Positions 18,823 to 29,939 are shown, numbered from the whole stretch's first letter. The stretch is DNA of 60,339 nt, filler included, from 5 parts of 5 records of this genome joined end to end with filler, not necessarily neighbours in it, one strand, 5' to 3'. Numbers and translations are program-made. Notes: generated by a model from the sequence alone, not told the origin.

Positions 18823-19767
18823 ATGAACAAGCCTATACTCAAGGGAATCTGCACCGCCGCCATTACGCCCTTTACCCGGGGCGATACTCTGGACGAAGCC
18901 GCCATCGCCCAATTCTGCCAATTCCAGGTGGAAAGCGGCGTCCACGGGCTTTTCGTCAACGGTTCCACAGCCGAATTCGCGGCAATGCCCGTGGATATGC
19001 AGAAAAAAGCCATGGAAATGTACGTCCGGCATTTAAACGGGCGCACAACAGTGGTTGTGCATACCGGATCGGCAAGAATTGACGAAGCCGTGGAACTGGC
19101 CGGTTACGCGGCCGGGCTTAATGTTGATGGGCTGGCTTCCGTGCCGCCCTATTTTTATAACTACGACCTGGAGTCCCTGAAGGAATACTATGGCGCCATT
19201 GCCAAGGCCGCGCCCGGATTGCCCTTATATGTATACAATTTCCCCGCCGCGGCCAAAAACGACATTACTCCGGATATTCTTCTGGAACTTCGCAAGGCGG
19301 TTCCGGCAATTGCGGGAATTAAAGATACTTCACAGGACTACTGCCGTTTTATCGAATACGTGGACCGCATGGGACCGGATTTTTGCGTCATGATGGGCAG
19401 CGACGCCATGGTTTTGGGCGCCTTGGCCATCGGCGGTTCCGGCGCTGTTTCCGCGGCCTCGGCCTCGTTCCCCGAACTCATGGTGGATATATACAATGCC
19501 TGGCTCAACCAGGACCTGGAAAAAGCCCGCCGCCTACAACTCATTGCCTCGCGACTGAGGCTGATTTTCGGCAAGACTCCCGTCCAGGCCAGGCGGAAAG
19601 CGGCCATGCAACTGCGCGGCTTTGAATCCCAGGCGGTCATGCGCCCGGGCCGGACGCTTACCGAGGATGAATTCACAGAACTTAAACAACAACTTGAAAA
19701 ACTTGAAGAGCGGTTTGGTTATTTTTTGCTTAACAAAGTGAACACGATCACAAACCGGGTTGATTGA
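18823..19767 (+). CDS. DHDPS/NAL-family class I aldolase (probable 2-keto-3-deoxy sugar acid aldolase)
   Basis: NGSTAE loop, YVYNFP Tyr, GIKDTS Schiff-base Lys. ATG at 18823 follows GAGG. Confidence 0.88.
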   Translation: MNKPILKGICTAAITPFTRGDTLDEAAIAQFCQFQVESGVHGLFVNGSTAEFAAMPVDMQKKAMEMYVRHLNGRTTVVVHTGSARIDEAVELAGYAAGLNVDGLASVPPYFYNYDLESLKEYYGAIAKAAPGLPLYVYNFPAAAKNDITPDILLELRKAVPAIAGIKDTSQDYCRFIEYVDRMGPDFCVMMGSDAMVLGALAIGGSGAVSAASASFPELMVDIYNAWLNQDLEKARRLQLIASRLRLIFGKTPVQARRKAAMQLRGFESQAVMRPGRTLTEDEFTELKQQLEKLEERFGYFLLNKVNTITNRVD

Positions 19768-19780
19768 TGGAGATTTATAA

Positions 19781-21484
19781 ATGGGGTTTGATTTTAAGGA
19801 TGAAAAATACCGCAGCGCCAAGGTAATCAACGGCATTACACAGGGCGGCCCGCGCGCCCATTTAAAGGGCCTTGGGATTGTTACCGAAGAATTTAAGAAA
19901 CCTTTCATCGGCGTGGTTAACTGTTACAACGAAATGCATCCCGGCCATATCCATTTTGACCGGTTGGGCAGGAAAGTGCGCGACGGCATACATGAAGCCG
20001 GAGGCGTTCCCTTTGAATTTCATACCATAGGCATATGCGACGGGTTCGCCCAGGGGCACGCCGGCATGTGTTACACCCTGCCTTCCCGCGAAATAATCGC
20101 GGATTCCATTGAAGTGACCGTGGAAGCCCAACATCTTGACGGCCTGGTCTTCTTATGCGGCTGCGACAAAAGCGTTCCGGCCATGCTCATGGCCATGGTT
20201 CGCATCAATATACCGTCCCTGGTGGTGACCGGCGGGCCCATGCTGCCCGGAAGGCACAACGGCAAGGAATACGCAACTTACGAATTGAAAGAAGCAGCCG
20301 GCTTATTGAAACGCGGCGTGATCGACGAAGAAGAATTCTTCAAAATGGAAGACGCCCTTTCTCCCGGACCCGGTTCCTGCGCCATGATGGGCACGGCCAA
20401 TAGCATGTCCATCGCCAGTGAAGCCATGGGATTCACCTTGCCCGGATCAGCTACGGCCCATGCCGTGGATGGGAAAAAGCTTCGGATCGCCAAGCAGAGC
20501 GGCATCAAGGTCGTGGAACTGGTGGAAAAGAACCTCAGACCGTTGGACGTTTTGACCCAGGATATGCTGGAAACCAGCGTTCGCGTGGTCATGAGCGTGG
20601 GCGGTTCAACCAACACGTCCCTGCATTTCCCGGCCATTGCCCATGAAGCCGGACTAAAGCTGACCCTGGAGGATATTGAAAGAATCAGCTCAGGCACGCC
20701 CTACCTGGTAAAGGTAAAGCCGTCGGGTCCGCACACGCTGCTGGCTTTTGACGACGCCGGCGGCATCCCGGCCTTGATGAAGGAAATGGAACCCTTGATC
20801 GATCTGGATCAACTCACCATGACCGGGGCGAGTTTCAGGGAAAACATTGCTTCTTTTAATAACAACAATAACGAAGTTATTCGCCCGGTGAGCAATCCCA
20901 ATTCCGCAAGCAGCAGCCTGGCGGTTTTAAAGGGAAACCTGGCCCCCAAGGGCTGCGTGGTCAAGCAGACCGGAGTTTCCGACAAAATGCGCAAGCACAC
21001 CGGACCGGCCCGCTGTTTTGACAGCGAGGAAGAAGCGACCAATGCCATTTTGGATGAAAAGATCAACCATGGCGATGTGATTGTTATTCGTTTCGAAGGC
21101 CCCAAGGGCGGGCCGGGCATGCGGGAAATGCTGACCGCCACTTCCACACTCATGGGCATGGGCCTGGGCGAGTCCGTGGCCCTGGTGACGGACGGCAGGT
21201 TTTCAGGATCTACCCATGGGCCCTGTGTCGGACACATTTCGCCCGAAGCCGGCGCCGGCGGACCTCTGGCCATTGTCAGGGACGGCGATCAAATAACAGT
21301 TGATATAGACGGTCGTAACATCACTTTGCATGTAAGTGATGATGAAATAAAAACCAGGCTGAAAAGCCTGACCCTGGAGTTGAAGGAGCCGAAAGGCTAC
21401 CTGGCCCGGTACGCCGAAATGGTCAGTTCGGCGGATGAGGGCGCTATTTTAAAAACCGGACAAACGGCCGCTCAAATAAAATAG
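19781..21484 (+). CDS. IlvD/Edd-family dihydroxy-acid dehydratase (probable sugar-acid dehydratase)
   Basis: [40 protein letters not shown] motifs. Confidence 0.92.
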   Translation: MGFDFKDEKYRSAKVINGITQGGPRAHLKGLGIVTEEFKKPFIGVVNCYNEMHPGHIHFDRLGRKVRDGIHEAGGVPFEFHTIGICDGFAQGHAGMCYTLPSREIIADSIEVTVEAQHLDGLVFLCGCDKSVPAMLMAMVRINIPSLVVTGGPMLPGRHNGKEYATYELKEAAGLLKRGVIDEEEFFKMEDALSPGPGSCAMMGTANSMSIASEAMGFTLPGSATAHAVDGKKLRIAKQSGIKVVELVEKNLRPLDVLTQDMLETSVRVVMSVGGSTNTSLHFPAIAHEAGLKLTLEDIERISSGTPYLVKVKPSGPHTLLAFDDAGGIPALMKEMEPLIDLDQLTMTGASFRENIASFNNNNNEVIRPVSNPNSASSSLAVLKGNLAPKGCVVKQTGVSDKMRKHTGPARCFDSEEEATNAILDEKINHGDVIVIRFEGPKGGPGMREMLTATSTLMGMGLGESVALVTDGRFSGSTHGPCVGHISPEAGAGGPLAIVRDGDQITVDIDGRNITLHVSDDEIKTRLKSLTLELKEPKGYLARYAEMVSSADEGAILKTGQTAAQIK

Positions 21485-21548
21485 CCGTTAGCACTCCATT
21501 GACGAAGAGTTGAGTAGCGTCTGTCCAGAAATGAGGGATTTTTTCCAA

Positions 21549-21648
21549 NNNNNNNNNNNNNNNNNNNNNNNNNNNNNNNNNNNNNNNNNNNNTTAATTAA
21601 TTAANNNNNNNNNNNNNNNNNNNNNNNNNNNNNNNNNNNNNNNNNNNN
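21549..21648. other. Artificial contig spacer
   Basis: N44-TTAATTAATTAA-N44. Confidence 0.98.
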
Positions 21649-23457
21649 GGGGGTGCGGATTTCATGGCTCATGTTGGCCAAAAATTCGCTCTTGGCCCGG
21701 CTGGCGGCCTGGGCTTCCTTGCGGGCGCGCACAAGCCCTGAAATATCCACAAAGCTTTCCAGGAGGTAGTTTGTGTTGTTGGCGGTGAACGGCTTTACGG
21801 TTTTGAGAACCGGGATTTCTTTTCCGGACCCATTCAACAGAACCCGTTCCGAGTTATCAATATGTTTACCCAGATCCGTAATGGGGCATTTCCCCAGTTC
21901 CGCCGGGCAGATATTGTCGTGGCAGATTTTGTCCATGACGTCATCCCGCGACCGTCCCATCATATTCAGTGCCGCCGTGTTGGCTGCGGTAATGAGGTGG
22001 GTTTCCGCATCAATGACCATGATACCGGCCTGTACCGTATCAAATATGGTTTTTAGCCGGAGTTCGGATTCCCGAAGGGCGTTTTCCTGTTTTTTTCGAT
22101 CGGTGATGTCCCGGTATATGACAAGATACCCAAGGGTTTCATCATCGGTGCGGATGGGGGTAGACCGCAGGGAAACGTGGATGAGGTTTCCATCTTTTTG
22201 CTTTCTGACCGTCTCCAGGTTGATGGTTTCTCCCCGGGTGGCACGCTTTTGAATGTTATGGGTCTCAGCCTCGCGACCGGGAGGCGCCAGGAGATTGCCG
22301 ATATTCCGTCCAAGGGCCTCGTTTTCATGGTAGCCGAAGATTTCCAAGAATCCCCGGTTGATACGTTCAATGGCGCCGGTCCGGTCAAAAATGGCCACCG
22401 CTTCGGGCATATTCTCCACCAGGTTTTCAAGGTAGGCTTTCTGCCGTCGTGTGGATTGGTGCGCCGCTTCGAGTGCGGTCAGTTCAAATTTCCTTAAGCG
22501 GGAGAGCAGAAAGGCGGAGACACCCACCAGCAGGAAAAACAAAACGGCACCGTAGCCGGCATTTTTCAGAAGCGGCGTGGAGAGGGAATCCAGGATTCCC
22601 TGCATATCATGGAGAAAATAGAGGCGCCATTGTGGCATTTGACGGATGGGTGCGCTGAAAACAGAATAGATTTTACCGGATTCATCAAACGCCTGATTTT
22701 TTTCCCCTTGTCGAATGCCGGTCCAGTTCCAGGGGCCTTTTCCGAATTGTCCGGTCCGGGCAATGGCGGAAAGGGTTCCCGGTTGGACATGCCACAACAC
22801 ATGGTAGCGCCATTTGGCATGATTGGTCATAAAAATAACCCCATGGGGTCCCGTGAGCATCATATAACCCATTTCGCCCCGGGAAACCGTCTTTTGCAGC
22901 TTACTCACCGAATCCTTAATGACCACAACACCCAGAGGAGATCCGTATTCGGTCCCGTTTACCGGACAGCTGTAATAGATGCCCGGTTTATTGCTGGTGA
23001 CGCCAACCGCCATATGGATGAACGGCTCACCCCCAATGGCTTGCTTGAAATAAGGCCGGAAGCCATAGTTTTTATTGACGAAACTTTTGGGTGAATTCCA
23101 ATTGGATGCGGCAAGGGTTTTGCCTTGCCGGTCCATCAGATAGCAGACGTCCGCGTCGAAGATCTTCCTGAAATGTTCCAGCAGCCGGTTGGCCTTGTCC
23201 AGGGATTTGGGATTTGGTGTGTGAATCGCTTCCAAAACGACTTGGGTTGTTGCCAGAAGCCGAACAGCCCTCTGATGTTCCGTGATGCCGGTGGATATAT
23301 TTTCCGCGACCATGCGGGTGATCCGTTTCGCATCGGCATCGGCTGTTTTGAGGGCATAGTCTTTCATGGAGAAGTACAGAATTGCCCCGGCCAGCAGGGC
23401 CGACACAAACAAGCTGAGGATAAAGAGGTCAAAGAGGAGCCGTCTTTTCATCTCCAT
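21649..23457 (-). CDS. Sensor histidine kinase (TM-dCache-TM-PAS-PAS-HisKA), 3'-truncated by the contig end
   Basis: DctB-like Cache (SFVNKNYGFRPYFKQA), two PAS domains, H-box AKSEFLANMSHEIRTP at the break. Confidence 0.9.
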
Positions 23458-24119
23458 CCTCCCGGTTTAAATAACGGGGCGCAATCACTTTCAGGTATCA
23501 AAGCCTCTCTGACCGTACTTGTAAAACGGCGGAAATTTTCCGTCTTTTTCTTTATGCCCCGGTCTTTTATGGGGGTAAACATCCTTTTTCTCAATGCCGT
23601 TGTGATTTCCAGCTGTACGCCGTTGCCCGTTTTGCATCTGTTGCATATATTTAAGGGGCTTTCGCCCCTTAAACCGGGCCGTCTGCTGATCCGGGCATTG
23701 AAACCGGCTTTCAAAAGGGCCCGGCAAAGACGATCTTTCAGTGGGCCATGCCTCCCGCCCACATGGACAAGGGAGGTGTCGCCATGGCAGCCGTGCAGGG
23801 TAATGACCGTTTGAGCGGCAAAGGCGATCTTGAGAGCGTCCGGCGCATCAAAGCGGGTACTGGTTATGTGCAGGGTTTTATTTCCGGTTTTTTTGATGCC
23901 CGTAAAGGCCCAGAACGTGTGCTCAGGATGTGCGATGGCTTGGGCCATACGGTCCGTGCCGAATTCTATGCCTCCGCCGTGCGGGGCGATTACTGCGATG
24001 CCGGAGGAGCCTTTTCTCGTCCGGATGCGGTAATCCTCACCATGGATTTCATTTTGTATGAGGTCTGCAAAACAGCGGTATCGATCCAATATATTCGCCT
24101 TTTTTGTTGGGCCATCCAA
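23448..24119 (-). CDS. Poly-gamma-glutamate hydrolase family protein (DUF867/PghP-like zinc peptidase)
   Basis: APHGGGIEFGT, LHITSTRFD, LHGC, NICN...GVQLEI motifs. Confidence 0.88.
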   Translation of the reverse strand: MDGPTKKANILDRYRCFADLIQNEIHGEDYRIRTRKGSSGIAVIAPHGGGIEFGTDRMAQAIAHPEHTFWAFTGIKKTGNKTLHITSTRFDAPDALKIAFAAQTVITLHGCHGDTSLVHVGGRHGPLKDRLCRALLKAGFNARISRRPGLRGESPLNICNRCKTGNGVQLEITTALRKRMFTPIKDRGIKKKTENFRRFTSTVREALIPESDCAPLFKPGGWR

Positions 24120-24265
24120 GTCATTATCCTAACCCACTTGGGCTTGACCCGCAAGGGGCAATGTTCTAAAGTGTTTAACAGTATAAACAAGTGATCCTGA
24201 TTCCTTTCGGTGTTGAAATGTTCACTTGAAACAGTGTGCACCGTAAATCATGAGCGGATAACGAG

Positions 24266-26986
24266 ATGCCTTTACTGAACCGACAGCAGTTCCTCAAACG
24301 CATGGGATTTTCAAGTCCCCGGAAGCCGATTCATTGCCGCCCATCCGCCACGGCCCTTTTCACCGTCAACGGCCGGGAGGTGTTATTTCAGGACCATTGT
24401 GAGATGAGCCTTCTGGCATTTCTCCGGCGGAATCTGGGTCTTCACGGCAGTAAATATGGGTGCGGGGTGGGGGTTTGCGGTGCCTGCACGGTTCTCATCA
24501 ATGACCGCCCCATTCGATCCTGCGTGGTGAATCCCCGGCATTTGGAGGGGATGAACATTACCACCATCGAGGGTCTTGAACAGTTGGAGAAAGGTGCGGA
24601 AGCGTTAATAAGGGTGCGGAAAACTTTTTTTGAATTGAGTGTTTTTCAATGCGGCTACTGCGCTCCCGGTTTTGTGTTGAGTGCCGGTTGCCTTTTGAGG
24701 GACAATCCCAACCCCACGGAAAAAGAGATCCGGCGGGCCCTTAACGGAAATCTTTGCCGCTGCACCGGATACGGGAAAATTATTGAATCGGTAAGGGCCG
24801 CGGCGGATCCCCGTTTCAAACGGCACCTGCTGAAACAACCCAGCTACGGTTTTGCGGATGTGAACCCCCATGCCGGGGAAAAGGTCAAGGGTGAAACACT
24901 TTATGCCCATGACCTTCATATGGCGGATCAGCTCTGGGCGAAAGTGGTGTGGAGCCGTTTTCCAAGGGCACGGATCCGATCCATTAATTCGGCACCTGCT
25001 GAACGGGTGGACGGCGTAATCCGTGTGATTACCCATGGGGATTTGCCCGGAAAAAAGACGTTCGGTGTGATCTTTTCCGATCAGCCCGTACTGGTGGAGA
25101 GTGACGTTCGTTCCACGGCCGATGCCGTTGCCCTGGTGCTGGCTGAAACGCCCGAAGCCGCAGTTGACGGGGCTAACCGGTTAATGGTGGATTATGAACC
25201 GTTGAAAGGCGTTTTTGATCCCGTGGTATCCCTGGCCCCCGGTGCTCCCCGCCTGACCCCGAAAGGGAACATGGCCCATAGACTGGGCTGCCGGAAAGGG
25301 GATATTGAAAAGGGACGGGAAATGGCGGAAGTGGTGATCAAGGGCCGGTACCGGACCCCCATGGTGGACCCTGGTTTCATGGAACCGGAGGCGTGTCTCA
25401 CCTATGTGGAGACGGATGAAACCCTGGTGGTGGCCACAGCCACCCAGGCCCCCATCCCCTATCGGGACCAGATCGCCGCCGTTTGCAACTTGCCTAGGGG
25501 AAGGGTCCGGCTCAGGACCCTTCCCGCCGGCGGCGCCTTCGGGGGACGCGGTGATTTAACCATCCAGCATCTGTGCGCCCTGGGAACCCATTTGACCGGA
25601 AGGCCGGTGCGCATGGGGCTGACCCGGGAGGAATCCATGCGGATTCACAGCCACCGTCACCCCTTTGTTCTGGATTATGAGACCGGCGTCGATGGGACGG
25701 GCCGGCTCACCCATTGCGTGGTAAAAGGGATTGCGGATGCCGGGAGCTATCACTCGGCCACCCTGCCGGTGGTGGAAAACGCCGCTGTTTTTGCCACAGG
25801 ACCTTATGAAATAAACCATGTGGACGTGGAGGTCACCGCCGCCTATACCCATAACCCCACATCGGGCGCCCTACGCGGTTTCGGGGTTCCGCAGGTGTGC
25901 CTGGCCATGGAATGCCAGATGGATCGCCTGGCCGGTCGCCTGGGGCTGGACCCCATGGATTTGCGGTTGAAAAATGTACTGGAGAAGGGAAAGGTCTCCC
26001 AGTGGGGGCAGGTTATGGGGCCTGATGTGGGGATGAAAGCCTGTCTGGATGCCCTTTTGCCGGTGATAAAGAGCCTGCGAAAAGAAACGGGAGTGTCAAG
26101 CCGGGAAAAACTCGGGATCGGGCTTGCCGCCGGCTACAAAAACAGCAGTACCCCCACCATGATTCCCGAGGGGGGTGCGGATGTCACCCTTCGCCTGGGT
26201 GATGACGGGATGATCGAAGTGTATACCGGCGGGTGCGAAGTGGGTCAGGGCCTGGTGGATGCCTTAAGCCGCATTACGGCCCAGGCCCTGGATATGCCGG
26301 TGACCCGGATCCGGATAATCCCCGGATCCACTGATCATACCACCTCACCCATGCTCACCAGTGCCAGCCAGCAGGTATTTTTGACCGGCGGAGCCATCTG
26401 TCGGGCCGCCGTGAAGTTTAAGGCCCGGTTATTGAAACATGAAGGCTCACATGACCCTCCCACGGTGCATGAGGTCTACATACCACCTGTGAAAAACATG
26501 TTTCCCCCCGAAGCGGTTACGGAAATCGGGCCGGACCAGCGCATCCTGCCGTCCCTGGGTTACGTGGCCGCCGCGGTGGCGGTGGCGGTCAATGAAAAAA
26601 CCGGGCGTGTTCGTGTTTTAAAGGTGGCTGTGGCCCAGGACGTGGGGAAGGCCGTCAATCCGTCAGGGATCGTGGGACAGGTGCAGGGGGGCGTGGCCAT
26701 GGGTCTCGGTTGGTGCTTTAAGGAACGGGTCATATTGCAAAACGGTGTTATTCAAAATGATAACTTTGACCGCTATCACATGCCGCGCACAACCGATGTG
26801 CCGCCCATTGAAACCATCATCGTGGAAGTACCGGATCCCTTGGGACCCATGGGTGCCAAGGGGATCGGGGAATTGCCCGTTGTACCCATTGCACCGGCGG
26901 TACTCAACGCCATCAGGGATGCGGTGGGGTTGGATCTGGAGGAGATCCCCGTGAGACCGGAGGATATTAGGAATACAGGTCCATAA
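24266..26986 (+). CDS. Xanthine dehydrogenase/aldehyde oxidoreductase family molybdoenzyme, fused 2x[2Fe-2S] and Moco domains (MOP-type, no FAD domain)
   Basis: GCGVGVCGACTV, QCGYCAPG, NLCRCTGY, GGAFGG, ALRGFG, GAKGIGE (catalytic Glu). 906 aa. Confidence 0.93.
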   Translation: MPLLNRQQFLKRMGFSSPRKPIHCRPSATALFTVNGREVLFQDHCEMSLLAFLRRNLGLHGSKYGCGVGVCGACTVLINDRPIRSCVVNPRHLEGMNITTIEGLEQLEKGAEALIRVRKTFFELSVFQCGYCAPGFVLSAGCLLRDNPNPTEKEIRRALNGNLCRCTGYGKIIESVRAAADPRFKRHLLKQPSYGFADVNPHAGEKVKGETLYAHDLHMADQLWAKVVWSRFPRARIRSINSAPAERVDGVIRVITHGDLPGKKTFGVIFSDQPVLVESDVRSTADAVALVLAETPEAAVDGANRLMVDYEPLKGVFDPVVSLAPGAPRLTPKGNMAHRLGCRKGDIEKGREMAEVVIKGRYRTPMVDPGFMEPEACLTYVETDETLVVATATQAPIPYRDQIAAVCNLPRGRVRLRTLPAGGAFGGRGDLTIQHLCALGTHLTGRPVRMGLTREESMRIHSHRHPFVLDYETGVDGTGRLTHCVVKGIADAGSYHSATLPVVENAAVFATGPYEINHVDVEVTAAYTHNPTSGALRGFGVPQVCLAMECQMDRLAGRLGLDPMDLRLKNVLEKGKVSQWGQVMGPDVGMKACLDALLPVIKSLRKETGVSSREKLGIGLAAGYKNSSTPTMIPEGGADVTLRLGDDGMIEVYTGGCEVGQGLVDALSRITAQALDMPVTRIRIIPGSTDHTTSPMLTSASQQVFLTGGAICRAAVKFKARLLKHEGSHDPPTVHEVYIPPVKNMFPPEAVTEIGPDQRILPSLGYVAAAVAVAVNEKTGRVRVLKVAVAQDVGKAVNPSGIVGQVQGGVAMGLGWCFKERVILQNGVIQNDNFDRYHMPRTTDVPPIETIIVEVPDPLGPMGAKGIGELPVVPIAPAVLNAIRDAVGLDLEEIPVRPEDIRNTGP

Positions 26987-28598
26987 ATTCAAACCGGGTA
27001 CCGTCAAACAGCCCCTTGTCACTCAATTTTATTTCCGGAATGACCAGAAGCGCCATAAAGGAAAGGGTCATGAAGGGGGCGTGCAATGTGGATCCCATCT
27101 TTTTTGCCAGTTTGTCAAGCCGGGTATATTTGCCTGCGACGGTCTCGAAATCCTCATCACTCATGAGTCCCGCAATGGGGAGCGGCAGGATTTCATGAAT
27201 ATTTTCCCTTTCACAGACCGCACAGATGCCGCCCTTATGGGCGATGATGAGGTTTACGGCGCTGCAAATCTCCTCATCGGTGGTCCCCACTGCGATAATG
27301 TTGTGGGAGTCGTGGGCAATGGAGCCGGCAATGGCGCCCTGTTTCAAACCGAAATTTCTGACAAACCCCATGGCCGGTTTCCGGTCTTCGTATCGATTGA
27401 CAACGGCGATCTTGAGGATGTCCTTTTCAATATGGGGGGGCAGGTGGCCATGGGTCGCTTCAAGCTTCTCCCGTGATCTTTTGGTGATCAACTGACCGTC
27501 GATCACATGGATAATATTGACGGCCCGCTTTTTATCGGGAACGGCGAAATCCCGTGGCTTTAGGGGGGTGGCGGCAAACCGGTTTGCAATTGCGGCAGAT
27601 TTCCGGGGCAGCCGGCTGCGACCGTTTTCGGCAACGATTTCCCCATTGATCACGGTCTGCTGAATCTGTAACCGATCAAAATTATCGATTATGAGGAAAT
27701 CCGCGGGGTCGCCTTTCCGCAGGTATCCCACATCCAAATGGTAATGGGTCACGGGATTGATACAGGCCATTTGAAGCACCTTCATTTTGTCCAGGCCCCC
27801 ATGGATTGCCCGCCTCACCAGGTCGTTGATATGCCCTTTCAGAAGGTCGTCCGGATGTTTATCATCCGAGCAGAACATACAGTTTTTGTAATGCTCATCC
27901 GCCATGGGGATCAGGTCATGGAAGTTTTTAACGGCGGATCCTTCCCGGATCAGGATTTTCATCCCCAGGGAGAGTTTAAGAAGGGCTTCATCCCTTGAAA
28001 AACATTCATGATCCGTGGTAATCCCGGCGGAAATATATTTTTTGAGATCATCGCCGGCGAGCCCCGGAGAATGCCCGTCGATGGCCTTATGACGATTCCT
28101 GGCCATCTCCAGCTTCTTCATGACATCCGGGTCCTCATAAATGACACCCGGGAAGTTCATCATTTCGCCCAGGAATTTGATTTGGGGCATTTCCAAAAGG
28201 GTTTCCGTATCTTCCGGGGTCAGCTGCGCCCCGCTGGTTTCAAAGGTGGTGGCCGGAACGCAGGAAGGGGCGGAAAAAAAGAATTTCATGGGAACCCCTG
28301 CGGCATTTTCCATCATGTATCGTACACCCTCAACCCCCAGTACATTGGCGATTTCGTGGGGGTCGCATACGGCGGCAACCGTTCCGTGGGCCAGGGCGAT
28401 GCGTGCAAATTCGGAAGGGGGCATCATGGCGCTTTCGATGTGAACGTGGCTGTCAATGAATCCCGGCGTGATGAAACGCTGATGGGTTTTTTGGTTGTCA
28501 TGGCGAATGTCATAAATCTTGCCATCTTTGACGTCAACGGTTCCTGGAAAGATTTCGCCGTTTACCACATCCACAATATTTCCGGAAAAGGTTTTCAT
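26967..28598 (-). CDS. ade: Adenine deaminase
   Basis: PGFIDSHVHIES, DPHEIANV, SCVPAT, EMMNFPGV, DGHSPG, TDHEC, AHDSHN, LALLVIP-like C-terminal motif. ATG at 28598 follows GGAGG. Confidence 0.95.
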   Translation of the reverse strand: MKTFSGNIVDVVNGEIFPGTVDVKDGKIYDIRHDNQKTHQRFITPGFIDSHVHIESAMMPPSEFARIALAHGTVAAVCDPHEIANVLGVEGVRYMMENAAGVPMKFFFSAPSCVPATTFETSGAQLTPEDTETLLEMPQIKFLGEMMNFPGVIYEDPDVMKKLEMARNRHKAIDGHSPGLAGDDLKKYISAGITTDHECFSRDEALLKLSLGMKILIREGSAVKNFHDLIPMADEHYKNCMFCSDDKHPDDLLKGHINDLVRRAIHGGLDKMKVLQMACINPVTHYHLDVGYLRKGDPADFLIIDNFDRLQIQQTVINGEIVAENGRSRLPRKSAAIANRFAATPLKPRDFAVPDKKRAVNIIHVIDGQLITKRSREKLEATHGHLPPHIEKDILKIAVVNRYEDRKPAMGFVRNFGLKQGAIAGSIAHDSHNIIAVGTTDEEICSAVNLIIAHKGGICAVCERENIHEILPLPIAGLMSDEDFETVAGKYTRLDKLAKKMGSTLHAPFMTLSFMALLVIPEIKLSDKGLFDGTRFEFMDLYS

Positions 28599-28713
28599 AT
28601 ACCTCCCTCCAATTTCTTTGCCATATCCCCGTAAAATTATATTATGGATCGCAGATGTCAATGTTGCAAGCGATTAAAGAACATCATACGAACTTCCATA
28701 ATGTGAGAACACA

Positions 28714-29898
28714 ATGGCAGACCATTCCTATTTTCGGCTCCAACTCATTGTCTTTGCGCTGGTATCCGCTGCGTTCACAAACATTTACATCACTCAGCCG
28801 GTATTGCCGATTCTTCAAAGGGAGTTTTCGGTTGATATGGTGCTGGTTTCTTTCAGTGTGTCCGCCGTAATCTTCGGTATCGCCGTATCCAATCTTCCTT
28901 TCGGTTTTTTGGCCGATAGATTGCCCATACGCCCCATCATTCTTGCGGGCGGTGTTTTGGTGGCCATATGCGGCCTGGTTTGTGCGGTGACGGAAAGCCT
29001 CTGGGTGTTAATCGGCGCACGTTTTCTTCAAGGTGTCTTCATTCCATCATTAACAACATGCCTTGCAGCCTATCTTGCAAAAACACTTCCGGTGACACGG
29101 CTCAATGTGGTAATGGGATCTTATGTGTCGGCCACAGTGCTCGGGGGGCTGTGTAGCCGCTTGCTGGGCGGCTGGATTCATCCGCCACTGCATTGGCGTT
29201 ACGCTTTTGTGTCAGCGTCAATCCTCACCCTCCTGGCCACATTCATGGCGATGCTTGGACTACCGAAGGTTTCCGAAAAAACCGGACAACAGCATAAACC
29301 CATCGGTTTTTTGGCGTTACTGAAGCGATGGTTTTTTTTGCGTATATATTTCTGCGCTGCCGGTAGTTTCGCCATATTCTCATCGGTTTTCAACTATTTG
29401 CCATACCGGCTGGGTGGATACCCTTTTGGTTTTTCAACCCAGCTAACGACCCTGCTTTACCTTGTTTATGTGGTGGGTATTTTTTTAGGACCGACTGCCG
29501 GTCGAATCAGTAACCGCTTCGGCAGCGGAAACACCTTGCTTTTCGGGAGTGTCGTTTTGGGGGGGGCATTGGCGCTTATCCTGTTACCGTCCATAATCGC
29601 CGTCATATTGGGACTTCTGGGGATTTGCACCGGATTTTTCACCATTCACGCTGCTGCGGTGGGTTCCCTCAACCGCAAACTTAGGAGCGGACAAGGACGT
29701 GCAAATGCCTTTTACGTGCTCTTTTACTACATGGGCGGCTGGCTCGGCATTACGGGGGCAGGACTTGCCTACGAAAAAGGCGGCTGGAATGCCCTGATAT
29801 CCATCTGCATGTTGCTTTTATTAATTCCATTGGGCGCGGGCATGGGTGAGCGAAAAAGCAGCCATGGCCGAACATCCCCAGGCACAGGACGTTCATAG
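28714..29898 (+). CDS. MFS transporter, YnfM-like
   Basis: About 12 TM, IYITQPVLP, GFLADRL motif A, ANAFYVLFYYMGG. Confidence 0.9.
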   Translation: MADHSYFRLQLIVFALVSAAFTNIYITQPVLPILQREFSVDMVLVSFSVSAVIFGIAVSNLPFGFLADRLPIRPIILAGGVLVAICGLVCAVTESLWVLIGARFLQGVFIPSLTTCLAAYLAKTLPVTRLNVVMGSYVSATVLGGLCSRLLGGWIHPPLHWRYAFVSASILTLLATFMAMLGLPKVSEKTGQQHKPIGFLALLKRWFFLRIYFCAAGSFAIFSSVFNYLPYRLGGYPFGFSTQLTTLLYLVYVVGIFLGPTAGRISNRFGSGNTLLFGSVVLGGALALILLPSIIAVILGLLGICTGFFTIHAAAVGSLNRKLRSGQGRANAFYVLFYYMGGWLGITGAGLAYEKGGWNALISICMLLLLIPLGAGMGERKSSHGRTSPGTGRS

Positions 29899-29939
29899 CA
29901 GGACTTGTGGGAGGTTGTTTCGGTCTGAAAGGGGATTGT

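Noticed and set aside
20858..20872. Asn5 run (AATAACAACAATAAC) in the dehydratase as a phase-variable repeat
   Set aside because: Mixed codons, in frame, in a loop region. Not a slippage tract.
21515..21548. Possible MITE end TAGCGTCTGTCCAGAAATGAGGG at the end of block 2
   Set aside because: Only ~30 bp are visible and there is no second copy in the window, so it cannot be supported.
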